From the NCBI GenBank assembly GCA_039933515.1, contig JBDTNY010000129.1, positions 9,254 to 73,253 of the forward strand: DNA of 64,000 nucleotides, given 5' to 3'. Source of the stretch: Actinomycetota bacterium. GTDB lineage: Bacteria > Actinomycetota > UBA4738 > HRBIN12. Below the pieces are notes generated by a model. That model did not search any database. It worked only from the letters and a program-made list of their open reading frames with translations, and was not told where the DNA came from. The translations under genes were made by a program, and so were the position numbers. Shown in pieces: positions 18,243 through 27,954 of this stretch (positions within the stretch are counted from its first letter, which is position 1; every line of letters begins with the position of its first letter).

Positions 18243-18609
18243 GTCGGATCTCCTCGGTCCTGTCCCGCGCCATCTGAGCGAAGACCGATCGTCGGGTCCG
18301 GCCACGGGGTCCAATGGGAAGCCTCGAGGCGGACGCTACACCTCCACGGCGTCGGACGTGACCGGCCAGCCAGAGGCGGCCGCATCAGGATCCTTCGATG
18401 GACACCGACGGCTGGATCGCCCGCTGCACACGCTAGGGTGCACCGCCCGACCGCGGGCCGGCCACCGACGGGGCTGATCGTCTTGCTCTAGATCCGCGGG
18501 AGCTGGGCGCCATCCGATCGAAGCCCGCACGATCGACGTACCGCGCCCGATCCTCCGTCCCGGATACCTTCACCCCGAAGACTGAACTCGGCGAACCGGC
18601 GGGATGCGG

Positions 18610-20634
18610 TCACGCGTTGCGCAGCAGCTCCGGCCGGCGCGCCACGCTCGCCCAGGGCAACGCGATCGCTGTGACCAGCACGACCATCACCGAGACCGCG
18701 GCGGCCGTCAATGCCAGCGGGCCGAACGGGTACACCACAGTCTCCCCGTTCGCCCGGAACAGCAGCGCGACCACGACGAGCGACGAAGCCACGCCGAGCA
18801 CGAGCGCCGCGGCAAGGGGGATCGCGATCTGCACGAAGACGGAGCGGCGCATCACCGACAGCGGCACCCCGATCGCCGACAGGACGGCCATCGGACGGCG
18901 GCGCTCCATCATGCCGTCCACCGTGGAGACCAGGAGGCTGGCCGCCGTCACGAGCAAGACCAGCACCGTGACGAAGTTCATCATGCGTGACGTACGGAGC
19001 GCCTCCTTCGATCCCCCGTAGGAGGCGCGGAGCTCGTCGAGCGTCTCCGCGTCTGCGACCCAGGCCAGCTCGTTGCGGATCCGCTCCACGGTGGCGGGAT
19101 CACCGTCGGTCAGCACCTCCGCCCGGCTGCCCGCGCGCCCATGGCCACCGGTGGGGATGCGGCTACGCATCGACACGGATCGGACTCCCGGCACCGTTCG
19201 GAGAACTTCGAACGCGCCCGACCGGTCGTGGCCGTTGATGGATGAAACGAAGACCGTCGCGGCCGGCAGCGCTGACGCCCACGGTCGCATCTCGATCGAC
19301 GAGGTTCCGCTCAGCGCGGAAAGCGCAAGCGCCTGGGCCATCCCGACGAGCGCCAGAAGGACCGTGACGCCTGCGACCACGCGGCTCGCCGAGGTGGGCT
19401 CGGATTCAAGCCGGCGTGCCCCGAGAAGCACCGAGGGCGTGGGACCCCACCGCGCCAGCGCCTTCGCACCGAACCGCCCCAGCGCGGGCACCGTCCCGGC
19501 CAGACCCGCGAGGAGCAACGTGAGCGATCCGGCCAGGAGCACACCCGGCAGGGGGGTCGGCAAGCGAAGCGCCGCGTCCGAGAACGCCGAGGACCCCGCG
19601 AGCCCGAGCAACCCGATCACGAGGAGCGCCGGCCACAGCGGAACCAGACGGTGCCGGCGAGTGCGCCGCGCGACGCCGAGCGGCGACACGATCAGTCGGC
19701 GCATCCCAAGCGTCGTTACGAGCACGGTGAACAGCGGCAAGCCTAGCAACAAGGCGAGGATCCCCACGGGAGGCGGAGCGAAGTCACCCGGGAACCATCG
19801 ATAGCCGAAGATCGTGAACTTCGACACCACGATGCGGCCGAGCAGGAAGAGCGGCCAGGCGACGACACTGGCAACGACGGATGCCAGGGCGCTCTCCGCC
19901 GCCGCCAGCAGCCGCACCTGCGACTGCGTCGCGCCCGCGAGACGCACCGCGGCCAGGCGCGCCTCGCGGGTGGCGGCCGAAAGCCGCGTCGTCGTCACGA
20001 TCAGCAGCCCGACCGGCAGCAGTAGGCCGAGCACGAACACGCACAAGATCAGGAGGGCCGTGAAGGTGAGGTCCGAGGTTGGCCCTTCGACGGCTGCGAA
20101 GGACACTTCTGGTATCGCCAGGCGCGCTGCGGGGAACGAGGCGGGCGCGCCGACGTATCCGTACAGCTCCCCGTCGAACAAGAGTCCCTCGTCCCCGATC
20201 GTGCCGACCACGTTCCCGGGTATCCGAGGCCGTAACAACACGCCGTCGGGGCCGTCGAGCAGCGCGGCGAGGGCCGGCGAAACGTACGCCTCACCCGGTC
20301 GCGGCAGCGCGGGGATGCCGGGCGGCACGGGCGCGTTCCCCACCCCTCGCAGCAGGAACAGGGGGATCGCGACGCCCTCGAACCGGGTGCTCGCTCCTCC
20401 CCATCGGAACGTGACGTCCTGGATCGGCGCCGACGGTTGGGCCACCTGGCCCCCGCGTGCCACGTCCCGAGCTCGACGAGCCCCCGTCGCCGGCCCGACG
20501 CTGAGCGCCCCGAGCAACAGGGCGACGCCGATCGCGAGGCTGAGGGCCATCAGGGCCATGCGCGTGAGACTGGCTCGACCGCCCGAGAGGGCCATCCGCA
20601 CGCCAAGGCCGGCGAGCCGGATCGACCGCATCAT
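18610..20634 (-). CDS. ABC transporter permease, double FtsX module (BceB/MacB-like)
   Basis: The 674-aa protein has an N-terminal TM, an extracytoplasmic domain, TM clusters, a second extracytoplasmic domain and a C-terminal FtsX TM bundle. It overlaps the ATPase stop. Confidence 0.8.
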   Translation of the reverse strand: MMRSIRLAGLGVRMALSGGRASLTRMALMALSLAIGVALLLGALSVGPATGARRARDVARGGQVAQPSAPIQDVTFRWGGASTRFEGVAIPLFLLRGVGNAPVPPGIPALPRPGEAYVSPALAALLDGPDGVLLRPRIPGNVVGTIGDEGLLFDGELYGYVGAPASFPAARLAIPEVSFAAVEGPTSDLTFTALLILCVFVLGLLLPVGLLIVTTTRLSAATREARLAAVRLAGATQSQVRLLAAAESALASVVASVVAWPLFLLGRIVVSKFTIFGYRWFPGDFAPPPVGILALLLGLPLFTVLVTTLGMRRLIVSPLGVARRTRRHRLVPLWPALLVIGLLGLAGSSAFSDAALRLPTPLPGVLLAGSLTLLLAGLAGTVPALGRFGAKALARWGPTPSVLLGARRLESEPTSASRVVAGVTVLLALVGMAQALALSALSGTSSIEMRPWASALPAATVFVSSINGHDRSGAFEVLRTVPGVRSVSMRSRIPTGGHGRAGSRAEVLTDGDPATVERIRNELAWVADAETLDELRASYGGSKEALRTSRMMNFVTVLVLLVTAASLLVSTVDGMMERRRPMAVLSAIGVPLSVMRRSVFVQIAIPLAAALVLGVASSLVVVALLFRANGETVVYPFGPLALTAAAVSVMVVLVTAIALPWASVARRPELLRNA

Positions 20635-21353
20635 GATCCTGCGGTCGCGGCGAGCGAACCGTCACGGACCACGATCTCGCGATCCGCGTACGCGGCCACG
20701 CGGGCCTCGTGGGTCACCAACACCACCGTCGTTCCCTGGTCGCGGGCGGCCCCGACCATCAGATCCATCACCAGTTCACCGTTCAATGAATCCAGCGAGC
20801 CGGTGGGCTCGTCGGCGAACACCACCCGGGGGCCTGTCACGAGCGCTCGCGCCACGGCGACGCGCTGCGCCTGGCCCCCCGACATCTCGCCTGCGCGCTG
20901 GTCCGCCACCTCCTCGACGTCGAGCCGCACGAGCCACTCACGCGCCCGCGTGGTCGCGTCGCGCCGGCGGAGCCCGGCGAGCCGGAGCGGGAGCGACACG
21001 TTGTCGACGGCCGTGAGCTCGGGAACCAGCTGCCCGAACTGGAAGACGAAGCCGAACTCGTCGCGCCGGAGCTTCGTGAGATTCGCATCCGACAGGCTCG
21101 CGAGCGTGCGGCCGCGGTAGACGACCTCCCCCTGGTCGGGCGGGATGATGCCCGCCAGACACAGCAGGAGCGTGGATTTGCCGGAACCGCTGGGCCCGAG
21201 CACCGCCACCACTTCGCCGCCACGTACTTCTACGGAGAGCCCTGCCAACGCGGTCGAACGCCCGAACCGCTTGTGCAGGTCCGTCGCCACCAGTAAGGCG
21301 CCCTCCGGTGGCGCGATGCGCGCTTCGCTCCATTCGATACCGATCTCGATCAC
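20631..21353 (-). CDS. ABC transporter ATP-binding protein (MacB/LolD-type)
   Basis: GTG start at 21353 (GTGA overlap with the padR stop). Walker A GPSGSGKST, signature MSGGQAQR, Walker B VFADEPTGSLD. Confidence 0.9.
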   Translation of the reverse strand: MIEIGIEWSEARIAPPEGALLVATDLHKRFGRSTALAGLSVEVRGGEVVAVLGPSGSGKSTLLLCLAGIIPPDQGEVVYRGRTLASLSDANLTKLRRDEFGFVFQFGQLVPELTAVDNVSLPLRLAGLRRRDATTRAREWLVRLDVEEVADQRAGEMSGGQAQRVAVARALVTGPRVVFADEPTGSLDSLNGELVMDLMVGAARDQGTTVVLVTHEARVAAYADREIVVRDGSLAATAGS

Positions 21354-21883
21354 GAGGTCTCCTTGCCCAGCTCCGCGGCGATCCGCTCGGTACGGGCGCC
21401 CGCGACCTCGATCCACTTGATGTCGGCCTCCAGATGGAACAGCTCGAAGTCGCACGCGAGCGCGTCCGCGAGGTCGCCTTCGCGTTTGCGCTCGGTCAGC
21501 TCGCGCATCCGTACGAGATGCGCGGCACGTTGAGTATCGAGGATCTCGTGAGCGGGACGCCCGGACATCAGGGCGAGCACCACCTTCGAGAACAGCACCT
21601 TGCGTCCGTAGGTCTCGGGCGGCTCGGCCTCACCCAGCCACCGCTCGAGGTCGGCGACGCCGGTGGGGGTCACCAGATACAGCTTGCGCTCCGGCCCAGC
21701 ACCGGATTCCACCCCAGCGATGTCGACGAGGGCGTCGCGGCGCATCCGCGCGAGCGTCGTGTAGATCTGGCCGAACTTCACCTCGTGCGATCCGCCGAAC
21801 CGGTCGTCGTAGAGATGCTTCAATTCGTATCCATGCCGGGGGTGGTCTTCGAGGAGTCCCAGGAGCGCGTGTGCGAGCGACAC
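21350..21883 (-). CDS. PadR family transcriptional regulator
   Basis: Sequence reads VSLAHALLGLLEDHPRHGYELKHL...GQIYTTLARM. I prefer GTG 21883 to the track start at 21916 because a palindrome and a TATAGT box occupy 21890-21908. Confidence 0.85.
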   Translation of the reverse strand: MSLAHALLGLLEDHPRHGYELKHLYDDRFGGSHEVKFGQIYTTLARMRRDALVDIAGVESGAGPERKLYLVTPTGVADLERWLGEAEPPETYGRKVLFSKVVLALMSGRPAHEILDTQRAAHLVRMRELTERKREGDLADALACDFELFHLEADIKWIEVAGARTERIAAELGKETS

Positions 21884-21891
21884 GGGCGCAC

Positions 21892-21908
21892 TATACACTT
21901 GGTGTATA
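21892..21908. promoter_or_regulatory. perfect 7-3-7 palindrome TATACACttgGTGTATA overlapping a TATAGT -10 box; putative PadR operator
   Basis: Seen directly. On the minus strand TATAGT (21895-21890) is followed by 6 nt and then the GTG start, implying a leaderless mRNA. Confidence 0.5.
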
Positions 21909-21960
21909 CCTGACACAAGCCCCGCGGCTCAGGCCCCCGCTCACGTAGGCTGGGCGCCTC

Positions 21961-23289
21961 ATGGCCGGCGCGCTCCTCACCGATCTCTACGAGCTGAACA
22001 TGGCGGCCAGCTACCTGCGCCGCGACATGGGCGGGCTCGCGACGTTCAGCCTGTACGTGCGCGGGCTCCCGAAGAAGCGCGGGTTCCTGGTAGCGGCGGG
22101 CCTGGAGGCGAGCCTCGACTTCCTGGAGACGGTCTCGTTCGAGGACGAGGATCTCGCGTACCTGTCGTCGGTGGGGTTCGACGATCGCGCGCTCGAGGAC
22201 TTCCGCGCCCTCCGCTTCGACGGCGAGGTGTGGGCGGTGCCCGAAGGACGCATCGTGTACTCGGAGGAGCCGATCCTCGAGGTGACCGCGCCCGTCGCCG
22301 TCGGCCAGCTCGTCGAGACGTATCTGTTGAACCAGATCACGCTGCACACGACGCTGGCGACGAAGGCCGCGCGCTACGTCATCGCGGCCGACGGACACGA
22401 TCTCGTCGACTTCGCGTTCCGGCGCACGCACGGGACCGAGGCCGCGATGGCCGTGGCGCGCGCGAGCGCGATGGTGGGCTTCGCCGCCACCTCGAACGTC
22501 GAGGCCGCGCGGCGGTTCGGGCTTACGGTCGCCGGGACGATGGCGCACGCGTATATCGAGGCGTTCGATTCCGAGCGCGAGGCGTTCCGCGCCTTCGCCC
22601 AGGACAATCCGGCGCGCACGACGTTCCTCGTCGACACCTACGACGCGTTGAACGGCGTGCGGAACGCGATCGAGACGATCCGCGAGCTGGGCCTCGACGA
22701 TCAGCTGGGGGTACGGCTCGACAGCGGCGACCTCGACTCGCTCGCGCGCGGTGCGCGGGAGCTCCTCGATGCCGCGGGCCTCACCGACGCGCGGATCTTC
22801 GCGAGCGGTGGGCTCGACGAGCTGGAGGTCGCAGAGCTGGTCAAGGCGGGTGCGCCGGTCGACGCGTTCGGGGTCGGCACCCAGATGGGGGTGAGCGCGG
22901 ACGCGCCATACGTCGATTCCGTCTACAAGCTCACGGAGTACGACGGTGAACCCAAGCTGAAGCTGTCGGCCGCGAAAGCGAGCGCGCCCGGGCGCAAGCA
23001 GGTCTGGCGGTCGGGTGCCGGCGACCTGCTCGCGCTGCGCGATGAGGAAGCGCCCGACGGCGGCGAGGCGATGCTCGCTCCCGTGATGCGCGACGGGAAG
23101 CGGCTCGCGCCATCGCCCGGACTCGACGAGTCCCGGGCACGCTTCCGCACCGACGTCGCGGCGGTGCCCGCGAAGGCGCGGCGCTTGACCCACCCCGAGC
23201 ACGTGGTGGTGCCGCACTCCGCGGCTCTGCGAGCCCTCACCGTGGCGACGCGCGCCGAAGCGATGCGCCGCTCGGTGGAAGGCGCATGA
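21961..23289 (+). CDS. pncB: nicotinate phosphoribosyltransferase
   Basis: Sequence reads LLTDLYELNMAASY...LVDFAFRRTHG...GTMAHAYIEAF...VRLDSGD...GVGT. Confidence 0.9.
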   Translation: MAGALLTDLYELNMAASYLRRDMGGLATFSLYVRGLPKKRGFLVAAGLEASLDFLETVSFEDEDLAYLSSVGFDDRALEDFRALRFDGEVWAVPEGRIVYSEEPILEVTAPVAVGQLVETYLLNQITLHTTLATKAARYVIAADGHDLVDFAFRRTHGTEAAMAVARASAMVGFAATSNVEAARRFGLTVAGTMAHAYIEAFDSEREAFRAFAQDNPARTTFLVDTYDALNGVRNAIETIRELGLDDQLGVRLDSGDLDSLARGARELLDAAGLTDARIFASGGLDELEVAELVKAGAPVDAFGVGTQMGVSADAPYVDSVYKLTEYDGEPKLKLSAAKASAPGRKQVWRSGAGDLLALRDEEAPDGGEAMLAPVMRDGKRLAPSPGLDESRARFRTDVAAVPAKARRLTHPEHVVVPHSAALRALTVATRAEAMRRSVEGA

Positions 23290-24455
23290 GCGAGAGGCCG
23301 CGCCGGCGCTGGCCCCGCCGGCTCCTGACCGGGGTGCTCGCGTTCATCGTGCTGTTCTATGCCGGCGGGGGGCTGTACTTCTCGCAGGTGATCGACGAAC
23401 GCGCGCTCGACGGAGCAGCCCTGCGCAAGACCCTCGACCCTCGATACGACCTCGTGGTGCGTGACGTGGCGGGCGAGGCGATCACGATCACCCCCGACGG
23501 CGAACACGGGTCGCTCACGCAGGAGGGCGTCTTCGGCCTGCGGTGGGAGGGAGGTTACGGTCAGGTGAGCACGATCCTCGGCACCGACGGTGACGCGGTC
23601 ATCCGCCGGTTCCTGCTGATCTCAGGCGGACCACCGAGCGACGGCACGCCGGCCCAGCTGGAGGTCCGAGCATGGCCCGATCCGGAGTCGGCCGGGCTCG
23701 CCTCGCAAGACGTGACCGTGCCCGGGCCGCTGGGCAAGTACCCGGCCTGGTTCGTGCCGAGCCATCGCGACACCTGGGTGATCGACGTACACGGGAACTC
23801 GATGTCGCGGCTGGACGGCCTGCGCTTGGTTCCCATCACGGTCGGCGCCGGGTTCCCAACCCTCGTTCCGACCTACCGGAACGACGTGGGGGCGCCCGAG
23901 GACCCGAGTGGCAAGCTCCGCTACGGCCTTACCGAATGGCACGACCTCGAGTCGGCGGTGCGCTACGCGCTCCACCAGGGGGCAACCGACGTGGTGCTCG
24001 CCGGCTACTCGATGGGCGGCGGCGTGGTGATGGCGTTCCTGGAGCGCTCGCAGCTCCGCGATGCCGTTCGCGGGGTGATCCTGGACGCCCCGATGCTCGA
24101 CTTCTCGGCGACGGTCGACGACAACGCGTCGCGCGAAGAGGTCGCACCGGGCGTGCCTCTCCCCTCCTCGCTCACCGCCGTGGCGAAGCAGATCGCGGCG
24201 TGGCGGTTCGGGATCGAGTGGGATCAGCTGAACTACCTCGCGAACGGCGCGAAGCGCTACGACGTGCCGTTCCTGATCTTCCACGGGACGGCCGACACCA
24301 CGGTGCCGATCGCGACGAGCGAACGGTTCGCAGACCTTCGGCCCGACATCGTGACGCTCGTGCGATGTGCCGACGCGGAGCACATCGCCTGCTGGAACCT
24401 GGACCCGGCTGCGTACTCGTCGGCAGTCACGGGGTTCTTGCATGACGAGCTCTGA
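23286..24455 (+). CDS. membrane-anchored alpha/beta hydrolase
   Basis: ATGA overlap with pncB. N-terminal TM is LLTGVLAFIVLFYAGGGLYF. The nucleophile elbow is GYSMGG, and a late FHGTADTTVP motif is present. Confidence 0.8.
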   Translation: MSERPRRRWPRRLLTGVLAFIVLFYAGGGLYFSQVIDERALDGAALRKTLDPRYDLVVRDVAGEAITITPDGEHGSLTQEGVFGLRWEGGYGQVSTILGTDGDAVIRRFLLISGGPPSDGTPAQLEVRAWPDPESAGLASQDVTVPGPLGKYPAWFVPSHRDTWVIDVHGNSMSRLDGLRLVPITVGAGFPTLVPTYRNDVGAPEDPSGKLRYGLTEWHDLESAVRYALHQGATDVVLAGYSMGGGVVMAFLERSQLRDAVRGVILDAPMLDFSATVDDNASREEVAPGVPLPSSLTAVAKQIAAWRFGIEWDQLNYLANGAKRYDVPFLIFHGTADTTVPIATSERFADLRPDIVTLVRCADAEHIACWNLDPAAYSSAVTGFLHDEL

Positions 24456-24497
24456 GCCGGCTTGACGACGTGCTCGCGGCGGGCACAGGATGCCCGC

Positions 24498-25529
24498 ATG
24501 CGCAACCGAACACTCATCACCGTCCTCGCAGTCCTCGCCCTCGTCGCCTCCGTCCCGGCGTCCGCGGGCGGGGTGGTGATCATCGACCCGGTGAAGACCT
24601 CTGACAAGACCGAGTACCTGCCCGCGGCCTCGATCACGATGTCGCACTCGTACTTCGCGTGGTCACAGAGTGGGCGCAACGGAGAGCACGTGCTCCTGGA
24701 GACCGACAGCGGGGTGGGAGTTCGTATCGACGACGCCGACTACAGCTGGGTGGGCGGGTTCGCCGAGGGCGATGCCCGGCTGATCTTCCAGCTCGCGAAC
24801 CTCAGGGGCAACGCCGACTCGAACGTGAAGTTCTACGACCCCGAGCTCGACAAGATCTCTGCCGCCCCGGGCGGGATCAACACGGACGTATGGCAATGGT
24901 CGCCGACGTACGACACCGACGGCGCCAGCAAGCTCTGGATCCTTTACGGCGAGAACCACTTCGCCACCCCGACGTCGCCGTGGCGGGTCCGGGTGTGGGA
25001 CGAGGCGTCGGGTGTTCGCCGCACGCTCGCGGAAGCGACGAACCGGTGCCGGTGCATCTTCCCCGGGACGATCGCGTACCCCTTCGCCTCGTGGTCGAAG
25101 GGAGATCCCGGGAACGTGTTCGTGTACGACCTCGGCACCGACGTCCGCACGAGGCTCGCGCTGCCGGGAGATCGCGATGAGCACGCGATCACGGTGACCG
25201 CCGACGGGACGGCGTACGTCGCTCAGGACGGTGGCGCCTGCGGGACCAACCCGAAGCTCTATCGGGTGGCGCCCGACGGCACGCCGACGCTGATCGCCAC
25301 CCTGCCCGCGGGAACCGAGCCGTTCACGCTGAGCACGCTCGACACGGGCGCAGGGATCGACCTGTACTTCGACCGATTCGCGTGTGCGAACAGCAACTAC
25401 GACGTCTACGTGCTCCGGGGCGCCGATACGGTGGCGCGCCCGGTACGCCCGAACCGGATCGGTGGCGGCTCGCTGCCGCGCTCCGGCGGGCGCGCGCCGC
25501 TTCCTCCAGGCGCGATGCCGCCGCGCTGA
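24498..25529 (+). CDS. secreted hypothetical protein, beta-propeller-like
   Basis: Signal peptide MRNRTLITVLAVLALVASVPASAGG. The body is repetitive and beta-rich (TolB-like feel). Confidence 0.6.
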   Translation: MRNRTLITVLAVLALVASVPASAGGVVIIDPVKTSDKTEYLPAASITMSHSYFAWSQSGRNGEHVLLETDSGVGVRIDDADYSWVGGFAEGDARLIFQLANLRGNADSNVKFYDPELDKISAAPGGINTDVWQWSPTYDTDGASKLWILYGENHFATPTSPWRVRVWDEASGVRRTLAEATNRCRCIFPGTIAYPFASWSKGDPGNVFVYDLGTDVRTRLALPGDRDEHAITVTADGTAYVAQDGGACGTNPKLYRVAPDGTPTLIATLPAGTEPFTLSTLDTGAGIDLYFDRFACANSNYDVYVLRGADTVARPVRPNRIGGGSLPRSGGRAPLPPGAMPPR

Positions 25530-25692
25530 GAGGCGCCCCCCCCGAGTTCGCTGAGGCGTCAGGTCGAGCCGCGCCCTGCGAGGACGTCGGTCGAGATCGA
25601 TCGCGGCAGCAGCTCCCCGTGCGTTCCAGGATGTCGGGGATCTCGACGGCCATCGAGCATCGGCACGGCGCGAAGAACCGGGACCGTTTCGC

Positions 25693-26862
25693 TCATGCTC
25701 GTTCAGCCGGCAAGCCACCGCGCGCGTCGAGGTACCGTCGGTTGAACGCCGCGATCCACTTCTCCTGGCGCGGATACATCCCGGCCGTGTAGTAACGCGA
25801 GGACACGCCTCGCTGGGCGAGCTCGCAGACGCGCCAGTCCTGCTGCGCCACCAGGTCGCGGAACTCGACGACCTCGCCCGGGTCGAACCCGTCGGCGGCG
25901 ATCGTCTCGGGGCGGAAGAGGAATTCGCTGATCACGCGCGTGCGAGCCGGCGCGAGCGGCACGATCGTCACGGCGTTCACCGTCTCGGAGTGGTAGTTCA
26001 AGATCACGTTCGGGAACAGGTACACACCGTAGAAGGTGTGCGCGTCGACCTCGTCGAGTCCCGGGAGCGTGGGGAGCGTGGACAGGCCGCTCGCCGTGAA
26101 CGACGTCAGCCCGTGTCCCATGGAATTGCCGAGGAGCTGCCCGTCTTCCTCGACCTCTCCGCTCCGATAGAGCGGCACGATCTTCACGAGCTCGGGGTGC
26201 ACGGTGGGGCAGTGCAGGCACTCGTGGTAGTTCTCGACCACGACCTTCCAGTTCGCTGCGACGTCGTACTCACGGCGGGCACCGACCCGGAGGTCACCGA
26301 TCGCGTACCGCGCCAGCTCCAGCGGCGAGTCGGGCTGCGTCGCGACCACCTCGCCGAGCGGCGGCGCCTGCCCGTCGAGGTTCACGAACACGAACCCCTC
26401 CCACTCGGCGAGCGCGATCGGCCAGAGCGACACCTCGCCGCGGTCGATCCCGTCGTCGAGATCCACGTTCGGCGAACCCGCGAGCCGCCCGTCCAGGGCG
26501 TAGGTCCATGCGTGGTAGGGGCACTTGATCACCGTGCGGACCGAGCCGGATCCCTCGAGCAACATCGTGCCGCGGTGTCGGCAGGTGTTCGCGAAGGCCC
26601 GAAGGATCCCGTCGGCGCCGCGGAGCACGATCGGCGTCTCGCCCGCGATCTCCGCCGTCAGGTAGTCGCCCGCATCGGGCAGCTGCTCGGCCCGCGCGAC
26701 GCACATCCACGAACCTGCGAAGACCGCCTCCCGCTCGAACGCGAAGACCTCGGGCGCGTGGTAGTCACGTCCCGGGAGCGTGGGCCAGGGAGGTCCGCCG
26801 AAAAGATCGCCATCCACGAGCGCCATCGTAGCGCCGAGCGCCGCGTCCTCGTTAGGTGTCAC
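25693..26862 (-). CDS. Rieske [2Fe-2S] aromatic ring-hydroxylating oxygenase alpha subunit
   Basis: Rieske motif CRHRG...CPYHAW. The catalytic domain has NYHECLHCP. Confidence 0.88.
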   Translation of the reverse strand: MTPNEDAALGATMALVDGDLFGGPPWPTLPGRDYHAPEVFAFEREAVFAGSWMCVARAEQLPDAGDYLTAEIAGETPIVLRGADGILRAFANTCRHRGTMLLEGSGSVRTVIKCPYHAWTYALDGRLAGSPNVDLDDGIDRGEVSLWPIALAEWEGFVFVNLDGQAPPLGEVVATQPDSPLELARYAIGDLRVGARREYDVAANWKVVVENYHECLHCPTVHPELVKIVPLYRSGEVEEDGQLLGNSMGHGLTSFTASGLSTLPTLPGLDEVDAHTFYGVYLFPNVILNYHSETVNAVTIVPLAPARTRVISEFLFRPETIAADGFDPGEVVEFRDLVAQQDWRVCELAQRGVSSRYYTAGMYPRQEKWIAAFNRRYLDARGGLPAERA

Positions 26863-27892
26863 GGCGTGCGATCTCCTCGCGGACCGCGGGCGCCACCACC
26901 GTGCCGAGCAGCTCGATCGCGTGCAGGAGCTGCTCGTGCGGGATCGAGCCGACGCTGAACTGGATCATGAACCGGTCGTGCTCGAAGATATCGTGCTGGA
27001 ACAAGATCTTCTCGACCACTTGGTCGGGTGTGCCCACGAAGTTGGCGCCGCGCAGGGTGGTCGAGGCGACGTAGTCCTCGAGCTTCATCGGCTGCCAGCC
27101 GCGCTCGCGCCCGATCCGGTTCATCACCGTCGAGACCGAGGGCCACGAGATCTCGATCGCCTCTTGGGTCGTGTCCGCGATGAACCCGTGCGAGTTGATG
27201 CTCACCGCCGGCAGCGGATCGTGGCCGGCCTGCGCCGCGGCGTCGCGGTGGAGCTGCGCGAAAGGCGCGAACCGCTCGGGCATCCCGCCGATGATCGCGA
27301 TCGCCATGGGCAGGCCCAGCGTCCCCGCGCGGAACGCCGACTCCGGCGCGCCGCCCACCGCGACCCAGATCGGGAGCTGGTCCTGCACCGGCCGGGGGTA
27401 GACCCCAAGATCGACGAGCGGTGCGCGGAACCGGCCCTGCCAGGTGATGCGCTCGGACTCCCGGAGCTGCATCAGCAGCCGGAGCTTCTCGTCGAAGAGG
27501 TCGTCGTAATCGTGCAGGTCATAGCCGAAGAGCGGGAACGACTCGGTGAACGAGCCCCGGCCGGCCATGATCTCGGCGCGCCCGTTCGAGAGCAGGTCGA
27601 CCTGCGCGAAGTCCTGGAACACGCGGACCGGGTCGTCGGAGCTGATCACCGAGACCGCACTCGTGAGGCGGATGCGCTCGGTTCGGGCGGCCGCCGCAGC
27701 CAGCACGACCGCAGGTGACGAGACCACGAAGTCGGGCCGGTGATGCTCGCCGATCCCGAAGACGTCGAGCCCGAGTCGATCGGCGAGCTCGATCTCTTCC
27801 ATCAGATCGCTCATCCGCCGGGCAGCGTCGATCTCCTCGCCCGTGACCGGGTCCGGACCGCGCTCGACGAAGGTGTAGATGCCGATCTCCAT
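26852..27892 (-). CDS. LLM-class (luciferase-like) flavin-dependent oxidoreductase
   Basis: Internal ATG ([10 protein letters not shown]) of track ORF 26852..27982. Sequence reads [13 protein letters not shown]...[11 protein letters not shown]. Confidence 0.85.
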   Translation of the reverse strand: MEIGIYTFVERGPDPVTGEEIDAARRMSDLMEEIELADRLGLDVFGIGEHHRPDFVVSSPAVVLAAAAARTERIRLTSAVSVISSDDPVRVFQDFAQVDLLSNGRAEIMAGRGSFTESFPLFGYDLHDYDDLFDEKLRLLMQLRESERITWQGRFRAPLVDLGVYPRPVQDQLPIWVAVGGAPESAFRAGTLGLPMAIAIIGGMPERFAPFAQLHRDAAAQAGHDPLPAVSINSHGFIADTTQEAIEISWPSVSTVMNRIGRERGWQPMKLEDYVASTTLRGANFVGTPDQVVEKILFQHDIFEHDRFMIQFSVGSIPHEQLLHAIELLGTVVAPAVREEIARRDT

Positions 27893-27954
27893 GGCCACCG
27901 AGCTTACGAGCGCCCGGCCCGAGCGCCGAACGCTCGCCGGCCGGCCAAGATCGA

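Noticed and set aside
18468-18500. GGGGCTGATCG... resembling the 5' end of tmRNA
   Set aside because: There is no tag reading frame and no tRNA-like 3' end (GGTTCGAnTCC...CCA) anywhere in the 367-nt gap.
21820-23217. 465-aa minus-strand ORF and similar long Arg-rich ORFs (for example 1604..2518, 13681..14733, 15302..16420, 39048..40535, 46226..47461, 48482..50161)
   Set aside because: All are antisense to genes with clear family motifs and have Arg/Pro/Gly/His-dominated composition, which is typical of non-coding frames in high-GC DNA.
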